Notes under the pieces: generated by a model
Told to the model about the DNA's origin: nothing
The model's input: the letters and a program-made list of their open reading frames with translations, nothing else
The model's database searches: none
Shown: positions 19,751-29,584 of the stretch, one piece after another
Numbering within the stretch: position 1 is the stretch's first letter
How the letters are laid out: each line of letters starts with the position of its first letter
Assembly: GCA_964423265.1 (NCBI GenBank)
Contig: CAYREF010000002.1
Span: forward strand, 16,704-80,703
DNA: 64,000 bases
Origin: an uncultured Actinomycetota bacterium
GTDB taxonomy: Bacteria; Actinomycetota; Humimicrobiia; Humimicrobiales; Humimicrobiaceae
Direction: 5' to 3'
Program-made: the position numbers and the translations under genes

Positions 19751-20346
19751 TAATTTACAAATTTCAAAAGGAAGCTTAGTCCTGCAGTAAACCCTCCTGC
19801 TATTACCATTTTTATTCCGCTAATAATCAAGTTGCTTTTAGATATCTTGCCTAAAAACAACCCTATCCCCAGAAGCACCAAAAAAGCTAAAGCAAAGCCT
19901 GCATAAAAGCAATACTCTATTGGAATTAGAGAACCAAAAAAGAATGGAATAATAGGTATTAAGGCAGTAATGACTGGAGAAAGTCCGTTTACTGCTGACA
20001 GTACTTTAGTTGCATAGCTTTGGGCCTCTGAAATTACAGTTCTATCTAAATCATGCAATGTGTATTTTTCAAGATCGTCTATCTCTTTTTTTCTTTCAGC
20101 GCTTTCGCTATTATAGGCGCTCCAAACTCCTGATACTCCCAAAGAAATGCATACTGCTGTCCCAGTTATTATAACATTTATGTAATCCTGAGTTCCTATT
20201 ATGTAATTTCCCATAAGCACTCCAATAATAGTAATTACCCCGTCAAAACCATTAACTGCAAAATACCTCCTGACAATTTTAGAGATATTGGCGATTTTAT
20301 TATATGTTTTTACTTTTTCTAGATATTTTTTTATCCTGTTTTTCAT
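19750..20346 (-). CDS. VIT1/CCC1-family (DUF125) membrane protein, putative Fe/Mn transporter
   Basis: YFAVNGFDGVITIIGVLMG resembles the VIT-family N-terminal motif. There is an acidic central loop and C-terminal TM helices. Confidence 0.5.
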   Translation of the reverse strand: MKNRIKKYLEKVKTYNKIANISKIVRRYFAVNGFDGVITIIGVLMGNYIIGTQDYINVIITGTAVCISLGVSGVWSAYNSESAERKKEIDDLEKYTLHDLDRTVISEAQSYATKVLSAVNGLSPVITALIPIIPFFFGSLIPIEYCFYAGFALAFLVLLGIGLFLGKISKSNLIISGIKMVIAGGFTAGLSFLLKFVN

Positions 20347-20347
20347 T

Positions 20348-21163
20348 TTATTTCAGGCAGTATTTATGAAGGGCTTCTGCCACACCATTGAGATCATTGC
20401 TTGAAACAGTATAGTTAGCCGCTCTTTTAAGGCTCTCCGGTGCATTGGCCATTGCTATACCTATTCCAGCAAATTTTATAGTTTCTAGATCATTTTCGCT
20501 ATCCCCTATGGAAACAGTTTCGTCTTTTGTTATTCCCACCATTTCCATTATTTTTTTCAATGCAAACAGCTTGCCCGCCTTCTTGTTTAAAATTGTCAAA
20601 AAAATTGGACCGCCTCGCTTTATTTTTACCCGGCCGTTAAAATTATCCTTGATTATCTTGTTAAACCTATCCCCGGAATCTATAGTAAGAGTAATCAAAA
20701 GGATGTTGTCCATTATTTTCCCATCCATAAGATCGTCTACCCTTATTACCCTGTCTCCAGTGCTGGCAATATGCTCTATGCCTGGATGGCTGCTTTCATA
20801 ATAGATGTTTCCATCTGCCGAGCTTAGAGCTAGGCCTTTTTTATGCTTGCGGTTTAAATTTATTATCCCCCCTACTATATGGGGAGGAACCTTTAATGTA
20901 AATAGGGGTTCTAAATCCTTATTTATTATTGCTGCCCCTCCTGAAGCCATTTGGAGATCCACTAATCCCAGCTCTTTTATTATTTTACCTACTGAATAAA
21001 TTGTTTTACTTGTAGATAATATAACTTTAATACTCTTATCCAGGCAACTCTTTATGGCTTCCCTGTTTTCTGTGCTTATCTTTGATTTAGAGTTAAATAA
21101 AGTTCCGTCAAGATCTATTGCTATTAATTTAACCAAGTGTAACCTCCAACAGCAAGGGCGCAA
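20348..21163 (-). CDS. Cof-type HAD-IIB phosphatase
   Basis: IAIDLDGTLF (motif I) and SIGDSENDLETIKFAGIGIAMANAPESLK (motif IV). The ORF-track TTG at 21163 may be too far upstream; an alternative TTG lies at 21136. Confidence 0.75.
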   Translation of the reverse strand: MRPCCWRLHLVKLIAIDLDGTLFNSKSKISTENREAIKSCLDKSIKVILSTSKTIYSVGKIIKELGLVDLQMASGGAAIINKDLEPLFTLKVPPHIVGGIINLNRKHKKGLALSSADGNIYYESSHPGIEHIASTGDRVIRVDDLMDGKIMDNILLITLTIDSGDRFNKIIKDNFNGRVKIKRGGPIFLTILNKKAGKLFALKKIMEMVGITKDETVSIGDSENDLETIKFAGIGIAMANAPESLKRAANYTVSSNDLNGVAEALHKYCLK

Positions 21164-21200
21164 ACTAATAGTTTACGCCCAATTTCTAAATTGATTCTCT

Positions 21201-22142
21201 TTACTGGTTTACTTCTTCCTCGGGGGGTGCTTGTTCTTCTTCTGTTTCCGTCTCTGCAGGTATCTGGGTGGTTGTCTCCGGAGTTACACTTTCAATTTCT
21301 CCCTGCAAACTTCCCAAATCTACTAAAGGCACTATTCCTTCAGGCAATATTCCCCAGCTTATGTTGGGAGAAAGTTTCTGGATAAACTCGAGCTGTATAA
21401 TCTCTGGATATTCTCTTAGGGATTCACCCTTGATAGTAATTTGTTCAGCCTCTGCTTCAGACTGAATAATTACTTGCTCCTTTTTAATCTTTTCCTGCTC
21501 AAGTACATTTCTTTCAAGCTCTATCCTTTCTTCAGCAATCTGCTTTTCTTCAAGGACATTAAAGTACTCTTCAGTAAAATCAATTTTTCTTAACAGGAAT
21601 TCGTCTAAAATTATTCCATTTGATTTAAATATTGGCTCTAGCTTATTCTGCAGCTCATCCTGTACTACAAAAACCTGCTCTGAATAAAGCTGAAAAGCAG
21701 TATATTTCTTGGGTATATTTCTGGCAAGGGACCTTGCCTCTGCTTTTACCACTTTTTCCACCAATTCATCCATGGTTCCAATATTATTTAATACCCATTC
21801 TGCCTGGCTGCTGTCAATTGAGAACCTGATTGTATACTTTAATTGCACCTGCTGCCCGTCAGAGGAAGTAGTATCTACTGAATAATCAGTGTAACTTGCC
21901 CTGCTTGCTTCAGGTTGGTCACTGGTTTCATATGTTACCTGCCTGGTAGAATAATTTACTGTGTTCTGTATAAAGGGAATCTTAAAATGAGCGCCTGGCC
22001 TAAATGTTACTCCTACAGTTCTCCCGAACTGGGTCAGCACTTGCACATTTCCTGCCTGCACTATCACAACCGCGTTAATAAGAATAATTAAGGCAACTAC
22101 AAAGATAATCACCCCTATTATAATTTTAGGGATAAGTTTCAT
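21201..22142 (-). CDS. SPFH/band-7 (prohibitin-like) membrane protein with acidic C-terminal tail
   Basis: N-terminal TM helix, a PHB-domain-like core, coiled-coil region IAEERIELERNVLEQEKIKKEQ, and a tail TETEEEQAPPEEE. Confidence 0.6.
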   Translation of the reverse strand: MKLIPKIIIGVIIFVVALIILINAVVIVQAGNVQVLTQFGRTVGVTFRPGAHFKIPFIQNTVNYSTRQVTYETSDQPEASRASYTDYSVDTTSSDGQQVQLKYTIRFSIDSSQAEWVLNNIGTMDELVEKVVKAEARSLARNIPKKYTAFQLYSEQVFVVQDELQNKLEPIFKSNGIILDEFLLRKIDFTEEYFNVLEEKQIAEERIELERNVLEQEKIKKEQVIIQSEAEAEQITIKGESLREYPEIIQLEFIQKLSPNISWGILPEGIVPLVDLGSLQGEIESVTPETTTQIPAETETEEEQAPPEEEVNQ

Positions 22143-22178
22143 ACAATAATTTTCCTTTCCTATTACTTTTTCTATAAT

Positions 22179-22418
22179 TTATATAATAGGTTCTAATACA
22201 ATACAAGTCATGGTATCTTTTATTACCTTTAGATTTTGGATCCTGGAGATAACCGTTTTTCCTAATTCTTCTAAACTTTCTCCTTCTACAAATACAATAA
22301 GGTCATAAGGCCCTGTAACTGTATGGGCACTCTCTACTCCTTTGATTTTTCTAATTTTAGTAACAGCATCATTTTGCATCCCAAGCTCTGCCTTTACTAA
22401 AACATATGCTGCTGTCAT
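22179..22418 (-). CDS. Stand-alone Lrp/AsnC C-terminal (RAM) ligand-binding domain protein
   Basis: 79 aa with a beta-alpha-beta-beta-alpha-beta-like pattern: VKAELGMQNDAVTKIRKIKGVESAHTVTGPYDLIVFVEGESLEEL. Confidence 0.55.
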   Translation of the reverse strand: MTAAYVLVKAELGMQNDAVTKIRKIKGVESAHTVTGPYDLIVFVEGESLEELGKTVISRIQNLKVIKDTMTCIVLEPII

Positions 22419-22564
22419 TTTATCACTCCTTTTTTTAATTATTGCCAGGAATATAACATTTATTAAAACATTTTACCAATTTTGCATAATTATGGGTGTT
22501 GATTTAAAAAATAACACCATATATAATTTTATCCATCTATTATAAATAATTTAAAGGACTAGCT

Positions 22565-23575
22565 ATGGCTCTTATTAATTTGAAGGATTTGCTAAATCAT
22601 GCAAGGGAAAATAAATATGCAGTGGGAGCATTTAATATTACTAATTTAGATTTAATAGACACCCTGATAGACGCTGCAATTGAAGAAAATTCTCCTATAA
22701 TACTCCAAGTTGCAGAAGTTCATTTTAAATACCTGAATTTTGAAGAAATTGGCCCTGCAATTATCAATGCAGCAAAGAAAGTTAGGATACCAATATGCGT
22801 GCATTTAGACCACGGGCAAAGCTTCCAGACAATCATGAGAGCTATAAGGGCCGGTTTTACCTCAGTTATGTTTGATGGAAGCCATAACCCTTTGGAAGAA
22901 AACATAAAGCAAACCAAGGAAGTGGTTAAAGCTGCCCATAGTGTCGGGGTAAGCGTGGAAGGAGAAATTGGCGCTGTTGGCGGAGAAGCCGTGGGAGAAG
23001 AAGCTGCAACTGCCCATGAAGCAGAAAAAACCCTGTTTACTAAAGTAGAAGAAACAGTAAAATTTAAGGAAGAAACCAACCTCGACGCAATGGCTATCGC
23101 TATTGGTAATGTGCACGGATTGTATAAAGGTGAGCCACATCTAGATTTTGAAAGGCTGGTTAAGATTAGGGATGCCACAAACATACCTTTAGTTCTACAT
23201 GGGGGGTCAGGAATTTCAGATAAAGATTTTAAAAAGGCAATCAGCCTGGGAATAAATAAAATAAATTTCTATACCGGAATGTCACAAAATGCTGTTAAGA
23301 TGGTTAGGGATTATCTTGAAAAAACACCTGGCGCCATAAGTTATCCAGATATGGTCAAAAAAGCAATGCAAGCTGCAAAAGATACTGTCAAAGAAAGGTT
23401 AAGAGTTTTTGGTAGCAGCAACATGTGCGCAGCAGAAAAATCGTTATGTATATCCTGTGACGAGGAGAGCTGTGGTTTAGAGGATCCCAGGTTTAAACCT
23501 GAATCAAAAACAGTGCTTTACTCGGATCTGGTAGAAAGAATATCAAAAGAAGTGCTAAACCAGTTAAGAAACTAA
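22565..23575 (+). CDS. fba: Class II fructose/tagatose-bisphosphate aldolase with C-terminal Cys-rich extension
   Basis: Class II FBA motifs (ICVHLDHG, LVLHGGSGISD). The last 45 aa contain CAAEKSLCISCDEESC. Confidence 0.8.
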   Translation: MALINLKDLLNHARENKYAVGAFNITNLDLIDTLIDAAIEENSPIILQVAEVHFKYLNFEEIGPAIINAAKKVRIPICVHLDHGQSFQTIMRAIRAGFTSVMFDGSHNPLEENIKQTKEVVKAAHSVGVSVEGEIGAVGGEAVGEEAATAHEAEKTLFTKVEETVKFKEETNLDAMAIAIGNVHGLYKGEPHLDFERLVKIRDATNIPLVLHGGSGISDKDFKKAISLGINKINFYTGMSQNAVKMVRDYLEKTPGAISYPDMVKKAMQAAKDTVKERLRVFGSSNMCAAEKSLCISCDEESCGLEDPRFKPESKTVLYSDLVERISKEVLNQLRN

Positions 23576-23600
23576 TAAGCCTATGTCTGCCTGGAATTTT

Positions 23601-24020
23601 TTAAATTTTCCCTGGCATTATTTCAAAGCCACATCCCGTAAGGGCATCCTCTGCTATTTTTATCCTATTGTCCGGCCAGAATAACAGGTGGCTTACACAA
23701 TTGCAATCAGAAGAGCCAAACTTTTGGACAGGTTCCCCGCTTTCTCCAACCAGCTTGGCAATATTACACTCTTTTTTTGCTGATGTCTTTAAAATATATA
23801 TCCTGTTTATACCCACGTTTTTATTATCTAAAATATAGTCTATATGCCAGTATATGCTTTTATCTTTACTTAGATGCCTTGTAATCCTCTGTTCTAAGCT
23901 GTTTAAAGCAGAACCCACATAAATATAGTTTCCCTTTCTAAAAAACAATTCACCTAAGGAGCCTACCTTTATTCTGCATGGGTTCTTGCAATACAATTTC
24001 AGGCAATAGATACCTTTCAA
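23601..24020 (-). CDS. GIY-YIG nuclease-superfamily protein (DUF123-like)
   Basis: N-terminal GIYCLKLY...YVGSA...R resembles the GIY-YIG/DUF123 core. 139 aa. Confidence 0.45.
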   Translation of the reverse strand: MKGIYCLKLYCKNPCRIKVGSLGELFFRKGNYIYVGSALNSLEQRITRHLSKDKSIYWHIDYILDNKNVGINRIYILKTSAKKECNIAKLVGESGEPVQKFGSSDCNCVSHLLFWPDNRIKIAEDALTGCGFEIMPGKI

Positions 24021-24024
24021 TTTC

Positions 24025-24456
24025 CTATTTGCCTTTATTTAAATTTACAATTTTAATCAATGCTTTCAAGCAGGCAGCTTTAGCAGTTTTGGCAAATGTA
24101 ACTATGGGTACTGTTTCTCCTAAGTCCTCTTTATTATAATAGGTACTAAACACCCACTTATTGTCTATTAACTCCAGTGATATCTTTTTTAAGCTCAAAG
24201 CTTGCTCTTTAATTGACGATATTACTTGCGACAAGTTTGGTACCCATAGAAGGTCGTCTTTCTGTATTTCAAAGCTAGTTTCAAAGTTTGGAACCCATAC
24301 GGTACATTTACTGTCTTTGCCCCACCCTATTATTTTCTCTAAAAAACAAAATAACTCTTGGGATCTTATTAAAAACCTGTCTCCTGAGGTCCATCTGCAA
24401 AGGCTCTGGATGCCATCATTATTGCAAAGGCTTATATATTTTTTAGATATTTCCAT
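24025..24456 (-). CDS. Hypothetical protein
   Basis: 143 aa ORF tightly packed between lipA (3-nt gap) and the GIY-YIG gene (4-nt gap). No recognisable motif. Confidence 0.4.
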   Translation of the reverse strand: MEISKKYISLCNNDGIQSLCRWTSGDRFLIRSQELFCFLEKIIGWGKDSKCTVWVPNFETSFEIQKDDLLWVPNLSQVISSIKEQALSLKKISLELIDNKWVFSTYYNKEDLGETVPIVTFAKTAKAACLKALIKIVNLNKGK

Positions 24457-24459
24457 ACA

Positions 24460-25326
24460 TTAATCCCCTGTTTTTGCCTTAAAAACATCTGCTGCATGAT
24501 AAGAAGACCTTACAAATATTCCCGAAAAAACATATTTAAAACCTATTTGTTTTGCCATATCTTCTATTTTTTTGAATTCTTCCGGCCGGTAATATTTTTT
24601 TACCCCGGTATTTTTTTTACCGGGCCTCAGATATTGTCCAATGGTTAAAATATCACAACAGTTATCTTTTAGGTCTAGCAACAGCTTTTTAATGTCCTGT
24701 GTGCCTTCTCCAAGACCAACCATAAATCCTGATTTCGTATATATATTTTTTTTGTAACTTTTAGCATAATTTAAAATTTTTAAAGAATTATAGTAATTAG
24801 CTTGGGGCCTAACCTTTAAGTAATTATCAGCTATTGTTTCAATATTATGGTTTAATACTTCCAAGTCACAATCAAGTATTGTTTCTAGATGTTTGACCGA
24901 GCCCTTTAAGTCTGGAATAAGGCATTCAATCCTGGAGCTTGGATTCATTTCTTTTATTTCTCTGATAGTCTCAGCAAAATGCCCGGCACCCCCGTCTTTT
25001 AGGTCATCCCTGGTAACAGAGGTTAACACTACATAATTTAGCCCCATTTTTTTTACAGCTTGGGCCACTTTTTTAGGCTCTTCCTTGTCTAGCGGCTGAG
25101 GCTTTCCCGAAGTTACCCCGCAGAATGCACAATTTCTTGTACATATATTCCCCATTAGCATAAAGGTAGCAGTCTTTTTGCTAAAGCATTCATAAATATT
25201 TGGGCACTGTGCACTTTGGCATACGGTATGCAGCCTAGAATCTGTTATTAATTTTTTAACCCTTGAAACATTTATATTATCAAAGCTAAACTTCTTCTTT
25301 ACCCACGCCGGTCTTCTATTCAACAA
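24460..25326 (-). CDS. lipA: Lipoyl synthase
   Basis: Auxiliary-cluster motif CQSAQCPNIYEC (Cx4Cx5C) and radical-SAM motif CTRNCAFC. Confidence 0.85.
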   Translation of the reverse strand: MLNRRPAWVKKKFSFDNINVSRVKKLITDSRLHTVCQSAQCPNIYECFSKKTATFMLMGNICTRNCAFCGVTSGKPQPLDKEEPKKVAQAVKKMGLNYVVLTSVTRDDLKDGGAGHFAETIREIKEMNPSSRIECLIPDLKGSVKHLETILDCDLEVLNHNIETIADNYLKVRPQANYYNSLKILNYAKSYKKNIYTKSGFMVGLGEGTQDIKKLLLDLKDNCCDILTIGQYLRPGKKNTGVKKYYRPEEFKKIEDMAKQIGFKYVFSGIFVRSSYHAADVFKAKTGD

Positions 25327-26173
25327 TTTTTTTAAATATCCTCTCCAAATCTTTTATGCTACTAAAATTTATAGTCATTTTCCCTTTATTTTTGTTTATC
25401 CTAATGTTTACAGGAGCATTTAGGTAATCTGAGACCTTTTCTGATATTTTTGGTATCTTGCTAAATTGCAATACCTTACCTCTTTTTTTAGAAGATTTTT
25501 TTTCCAGCATCTTGTTAACTAGATTTTCAACATCCCTCACAGTCAGGCTTTTTGTCATTATCTGGTTAGCCAATTTCATTTGCCCTTTTTTATCTTCTAG
25601 GGTCAGTAATGCCCTTGCATGGCCAGCACTTATTTTGCGCGTGTCCACAAGTTTTTGTAATTCTACCGGCAAAGAAAGAAGACGGATAGAATTGGTTATG
25701 GCTGTCCTACTTTTCCCTACTCTTTTTGCCAATTCTTCATGGGTTACCTTAAATTCATCAATTAGCTGCTTGTAAGTAAAAGCTAACTCCATAGGGCTTA
25801 AATTATCCCGGTGGATATTCTCTATTAATGCCATTTCAACAGATACCGTATCATCAATATCTTCTGCAATAATGCCGGGGATGGTTCTCAACCCAGCAAT
25901 TCTTGAAGCCCTCACCCTTCTTTCTCCAGCCACAATTTCATATTTATTACCATTTTCCCTAACAATTATGGGCTGTATTACTCCAAACTCTTTAATAGAA
26001 TCCGCTAGTTCCCGTAATGAATTCTCATCAAAGTTTTTCCTGGGTTGATTTCTGTTAGCTTCTACGTCATCTAAGGGAATTTCAAGGACCCTATTTTTAG
26101 TATCTTTTTTCTCTTCTTTTGAAGATGGGATTAAGGCATTAAGCCCCTTACCCAAGCCTCTTCTGGCCATCAT
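25316..26173 (-). CDS. parB: Chromosome partitioning protein ParB/Spo0J
   Basis: GLGKGLNALIP N-terminal box, the ParB box region, and an HTH. Confidence 0.85.
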   Translation of the reverse strand: MMARRGLGKGLNALIPSSKEEKKDTKNRVLEIPLDDVEANRNQPRKNFDENSLRELADSIKEFGVIQPIIVRENGNKYEIVAGERRVRASRIAGLRTIPGIIAEDIDDTVSVEMALIENIHRDNLSPMELAFTYKQLIDEFKVTHEELAKRVGKSRTAITNSIRLLSLPVELQKLVDTRKISAGHARALLTLEDKKGQMKLANQIMTKSLTVRDVENLVNKMLEKKSSKKRGKVLQFSKIPKISEKVSDYLNAPVNIRINKNKGKMTINFSSIKDLERIFKKIVE

Positions 26174-26990
26174 TTATCACTTCCTTTGTCAAATTTTTAT
26201 ATGCAATTGCCCCTTTACAATTTTTATCATAAAGCATTATGGGTTTTCCATAACTGGGGGCTTCACTTAATCTAACATTCCTGGGGATTATTGTATTGTA
26301 GACTTTTTCTGAAAAATAATTTCTAACTTCTTCTATTACTTCATCAGATAACCTAATTCTTGAGTCATACATAGTCATAATCGCACCAGCAATTTTAAGG
26401 TCTTCGTTTAAATTTTCCTTTACTAAATTTATTGTATTTATAAGTTGGCCTAAACCTTCTAATGCATAGTACTCACATTGTATAGGTATTATTACTTCTT
26501 TGGCTGCAGCAAGGGCATTAATTGTTAGCAACCCTAACGCAGGAGGGCAGTCTATTATTATAAACTGATAATCATTCTCTATTTTTTTTATTGCTTCCTT
26601 CAGCCTATATTCCCTTTTCATGCTTGAAACCATTTCTACTTCAGCTCCAGCTAATTCTATTGAAGAAGGAAGCAGTCTTAAGTTTTTAAATTCTGTATCA
26701 ACAATTGCTTTGCCTATTTCTTCCTGTTTTAGTATAACATCATAGGTTGAGTTGTTGATATCTTTACTGTCTATACCTACCCCGCTTGTTGAATTACTTT
26801 GTGGGTCCAAATCTACCAGAAGTGTTTTAAAACCTTCTAAGCCCAGATATGCTGCAAGGTTTACAGCAGTGGTGCTTTTTCCCACTCCCCCTTTTTGATT
26901 TGCAATAGCAATTACCCTCGGTTCCCCTTTTTTTGGCACAGGTTTTTGATTGAGGTCATCACTTTTAAAAACTTTTCTTAAAAAACCCAT
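26148..26990 (-). CDS. parA: Chromosome partitioning ATPase ParA/Soj
   Basis: Deviant Walker A motif KGGVGKSTTAVNLAAYL. The N-terminal approximately 25 aa of the ORF track may be read-through upstream of the true start. Confidence 0.85.
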   Translation of the reverse strand: MGFLRKVFKSDDLNQKPVPKKGEPRVIAIANQKGGVGKSTTAVNLAAYLGLEGFKTLLVDLDPQSNSTSGVGIDSKDINNSTYDVILKQEEIGKAIVDTEFKNLRLLPSSIELAGAEVEMVSSMKREYRLKEAIKKIENDYQFIIIDCPPALGLLTINALAAAKEVIIPIQCEYYALEGLGQLINTINLVKENLNEDLKIAGAIMTMYDSRIRLSDEVIEEVRNYFSEKVYNTIIPRNVRLSEAPSYGKPIMLYDKNCKGAIAYKNLTKEVINDGQKRLG

Positions 26991-27002
26991 TTACACAATT
27001 AC

Positions 27003-27746
27003 CTATTTATATAAATCATCTTTTTTAATCCTAGAGAAGTTCCGGGGAAATTTATCTGGGGTATTTTTTACTTTATCTATTTCCAAAAGAACCCTAACCT
27101 CATTTAGGCAAGGAACCTTTACTTCTAAAATATCTCCTGTTTTCCCTCCCAATATGCTTATTTCCTCATTATACTTTTTTATTTCATCAAAAACTTTTTT
27201 GCTTTTATAAAATATAATTTTACCACTTATTTTACAAAATGGAATTGCTAATTCTATTAAAATCAGGAATTTGGTTACAGCCCTTGCTATTACCAAGTCA
27301 AATTGCTCCCTTTTTTTTATTTCTCTGCTTGCGTTCTCAGCCCTTTTCCTTACAACAATAATATTCTCTAGGCTAAGTTTACTAATAGAATCATTTAGAA
27401 ATTTTACTTTTTTTAAAGATTTTTCCAGTAGGTAAAATTTTTTACCGGGAAAAAATATAGCCAGGACCAACCCCGGTAATCCTGCACCTGTTCCAATATC
27501 TATAATCCTCTCAGAAGGGTAAATTAATCTGTCGGCATGCTTTAACAAAGATAATGAATCTAATATATGCCTTATAAATATTTGGTCCTTCTCTTTTGTC
27601 CCTACAAGATTTATGCTTTTATTGTAAGAATACAAGAAGTCTAGGTATAGTAATATTTTTTCTATATATTCTTTTTTATAGGATACATTATTTTCTTTAA
27701 TAAACTCTATTAGTTGATCTCTCAAGCTTGAAGTAGTTTTACTCAT
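27003..27746 (-). CDS. rsmG: 16S rRNA (guanine527-N7)-methyltransferase RsmG (GidB)
   Basis: SAM-binding motif DIGTGAGLPGLVLAI and the conserved position between gidA and parA. Confidence 0.8.
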   Translation of the reverse strand: MSKTTSSLRDQLIEFIKENNVSYKKEYIEKILLYLDFLYSYNKSINLVGTKEKDQIFIRHILDSLSLLKHADRLIYPSERIIDIGTGAGLPGLVLAIFFPGKKFYLLEKSLKKVKFLNDSISKLSLENIIVVRKRAENASREIKKREQFDLVIARAVTKFLILIELAIPFCKISGKIIFYKSKKVFDEIKKYNEEISILGGKTGDILEVKVPCLNEVRVLLEIDKVKNTPDKFPRNFSRIKKDDLYK

Positions 27747-29578
27747 TTTCTTAAATTTAACATCAATATTGAAATATCAACTGGCGAGATGCCAGCAATT
27801 CTTGAAGCTTGTCCCAGGGTGTTAGGCTTCTTTGAAGTGAGCTTTTCCTGTGCTTCATAAGTTAAGCCCTTTATATCAAAATAGTTAATGTCATTAGGTA
27901 ATTTATAATTTTCTATACCCTTCAGCTTTTTAATTTCAGACAACTGCCTATTTATATAACCTTCGTACTTAATCATTATTTCCACTTGCCTTAATATATC
28001 CCTATCAAAACCATTATTCAATAAATCAATAAATTCCTTTAAGCTGTGTATGCTAACCTCTGGCCTTTTTAGAAGCTTATAAGCGCTAACCGTTCTTCTA
28101 AGATCTGTTTCTAAAAGCGAATCTTTTTCAGGCTTAACCATTTCTTTTTTTAATTTATTTAGTAGAAAATCAATTTTTTCATTCTTCCTAATTATAGATT
28201 GATACTGGCTCTGGTTTAGTAGGCCAATCCTCTTACTGTATGCTGCCAATCTAAGATCCGCATTATCCGGCCTGAGGATTAACCTGTATTCTGCCCTCGA
28301 AGTATACATCCGGTAAGGCTCCATCAGGTCTTTTGTTACTAGATCATCTATTAAAACTCCTATATAGCTTGTATCCCTGGTAAAAATCAGGGGCTCCTTT
28401 TTTAAAATTTTTAAAGCAGCATTAACTCCTGCTAAAAACCCCTGTGCAGCAGCTTCCTCATAACCTGATGTGCCATTTATCTGTCCTGCAAAATAAAGAT
28501 TTTCAATTAATTTAGATTCGAGGGTATAATTGAGCTGGCTTGGTATTATATAATCATATTCTACAGCATATCCAGGCCTTATAATCTTGGCTCCTTCTAA
28601 CCCTTCTACGGAATTTACGATTTTCTGCTGTATATCGAAAGGCATACTGGTAGTAAGCCCCTGCAAATACATTTCGTTTGTAAATTTTCCTTCAGGCTCT
28701 ATAAAAATAGGGTGCTTCTTTTTATTTGGAAAGTTTATTACCTTCCTGTCAATTGAAGGGCAATGCCTGGGTCCATGCGTGTCAACCATTCCTGACCTGA
28801 TAGGGGAATATTTTATATTTTTTGCAATAATATCATGAGTTTTACTATTGGTATAAGTTAAATAACTGGGAATACTGTCATTAGAGATATCTGCCCCTTT
28901 TGACCAAAAAGAAAAATGCCTACCGTTACATTCTGCCTCATTTATTGAATTTTTTGTAAAATTAACGGTCCTTCTGTCTATCCGGGGTGGCGTAGCAGTT
29001 TGGAATCTATCCACCTCAAACCCTAAATCATTTAAACTTTTAGTTAATTGCATAGCAGGATACTCGCCCATTCTTCCTGCTGGATAGTCTTTTTCTCCTA
29101 TTATTATTCGTCCCCTCAGGAAGGTTCCTGATGTTACAATCACAACCCTACTTCTAAAAACAAGGCCACTTTCAGTTTGCACCCCTGAAGCTTTATTACC
29201 TTTCACCAGCAATTTTGAAACAGTTCCTTCTTTGAGAGTTAAAAACCTGGTGTTTTCTAAAACTTTTTTCATTTCTATTTCATATTCTTTCTTATCTATT
29301 TGAGCTCTCAATGCTTGTACTGCTGGTCCTTTTTTCTTATTTAATATTTTAAACTGAATTGATGTTTTATCTGCAGATTTAGCAATTTGTCCGCCCATAG
29401 CATCAACTTCCCTTACCAATTGAGTTTTCCCCACCCCGCCAATTGCAGGATTACAGGGCATTAGTGCTATCTTGTCCATGTTTATGGTCAAAGCTAATGT
29501 TTTTAATTTTAACCTTGCACAGGCCAGTGCAGCTTCACAACCTGCATGGCCAGCCCCTATTACTATTACATCATACAT
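27743..29578 (-). CDS. mnmG: tRNA uridine 5-carboxymethylaminomethyl modification enzyme MnmG (GidA)
   Basis: MYDVIVIGAGHAGCEAALACAR FAD-binding N-terminus, 611 aa, with full-length GidA architecture. Confidence 0.85.
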   Translation of the reverse strand: MYDVIVIGAGHAGCEAALACARLKLKTLALTINMDKIALMPCNPAIGGVGKTQLVREVDAMGGQIAKSADKTSIQFKILNKKKGPAVQALRAQIDKKEYEIEMKKVLENTRFLTLKEGTVSKLLVKGNKASGVQTESGLVFRSRVVIVTSGTFLRGRIIIGEKDYPAGRMGEYPAMQLTKSLNDLGFEVDRFQTATPPRIDRRTVNFTKNSINEAECNGRHFSFWSKGADISNDSIPSYLTYTNSKTHDIIAKNIKYSPIRSGMVDTHGPRHCPSIDRKVINFPNKKKHPIFIEPEGKFTNEMYLQGLTTSMPFDIQQKIVNSVEGLEGAKIIRPGYAVEYDYIIPSQLNYTLESKLIENLYFAGQINGTSGYEEAAAQGFLAGVNAALKILKKEPLIFTRDTSYIGVLIDDLVTKDLMEPYRMYTSRAEYRLILRPDNADLRLAAYSKRIGLLNQSQYQSIIRKNEKIDFLLNKLKKEMVKPEKDSLLETDLRRTVSAYKLLKRPEVSIHSLKEFIDLLNNGFDRDILRQVEIMIKYEGYINRQLSEIKKLKGIENYKLPNDINYFDIKGLTYEAQEKLTSKKPNTLGQASRIAGISPVDISILMLNLRK

Positions 29579-29584
29579 ATTTTT

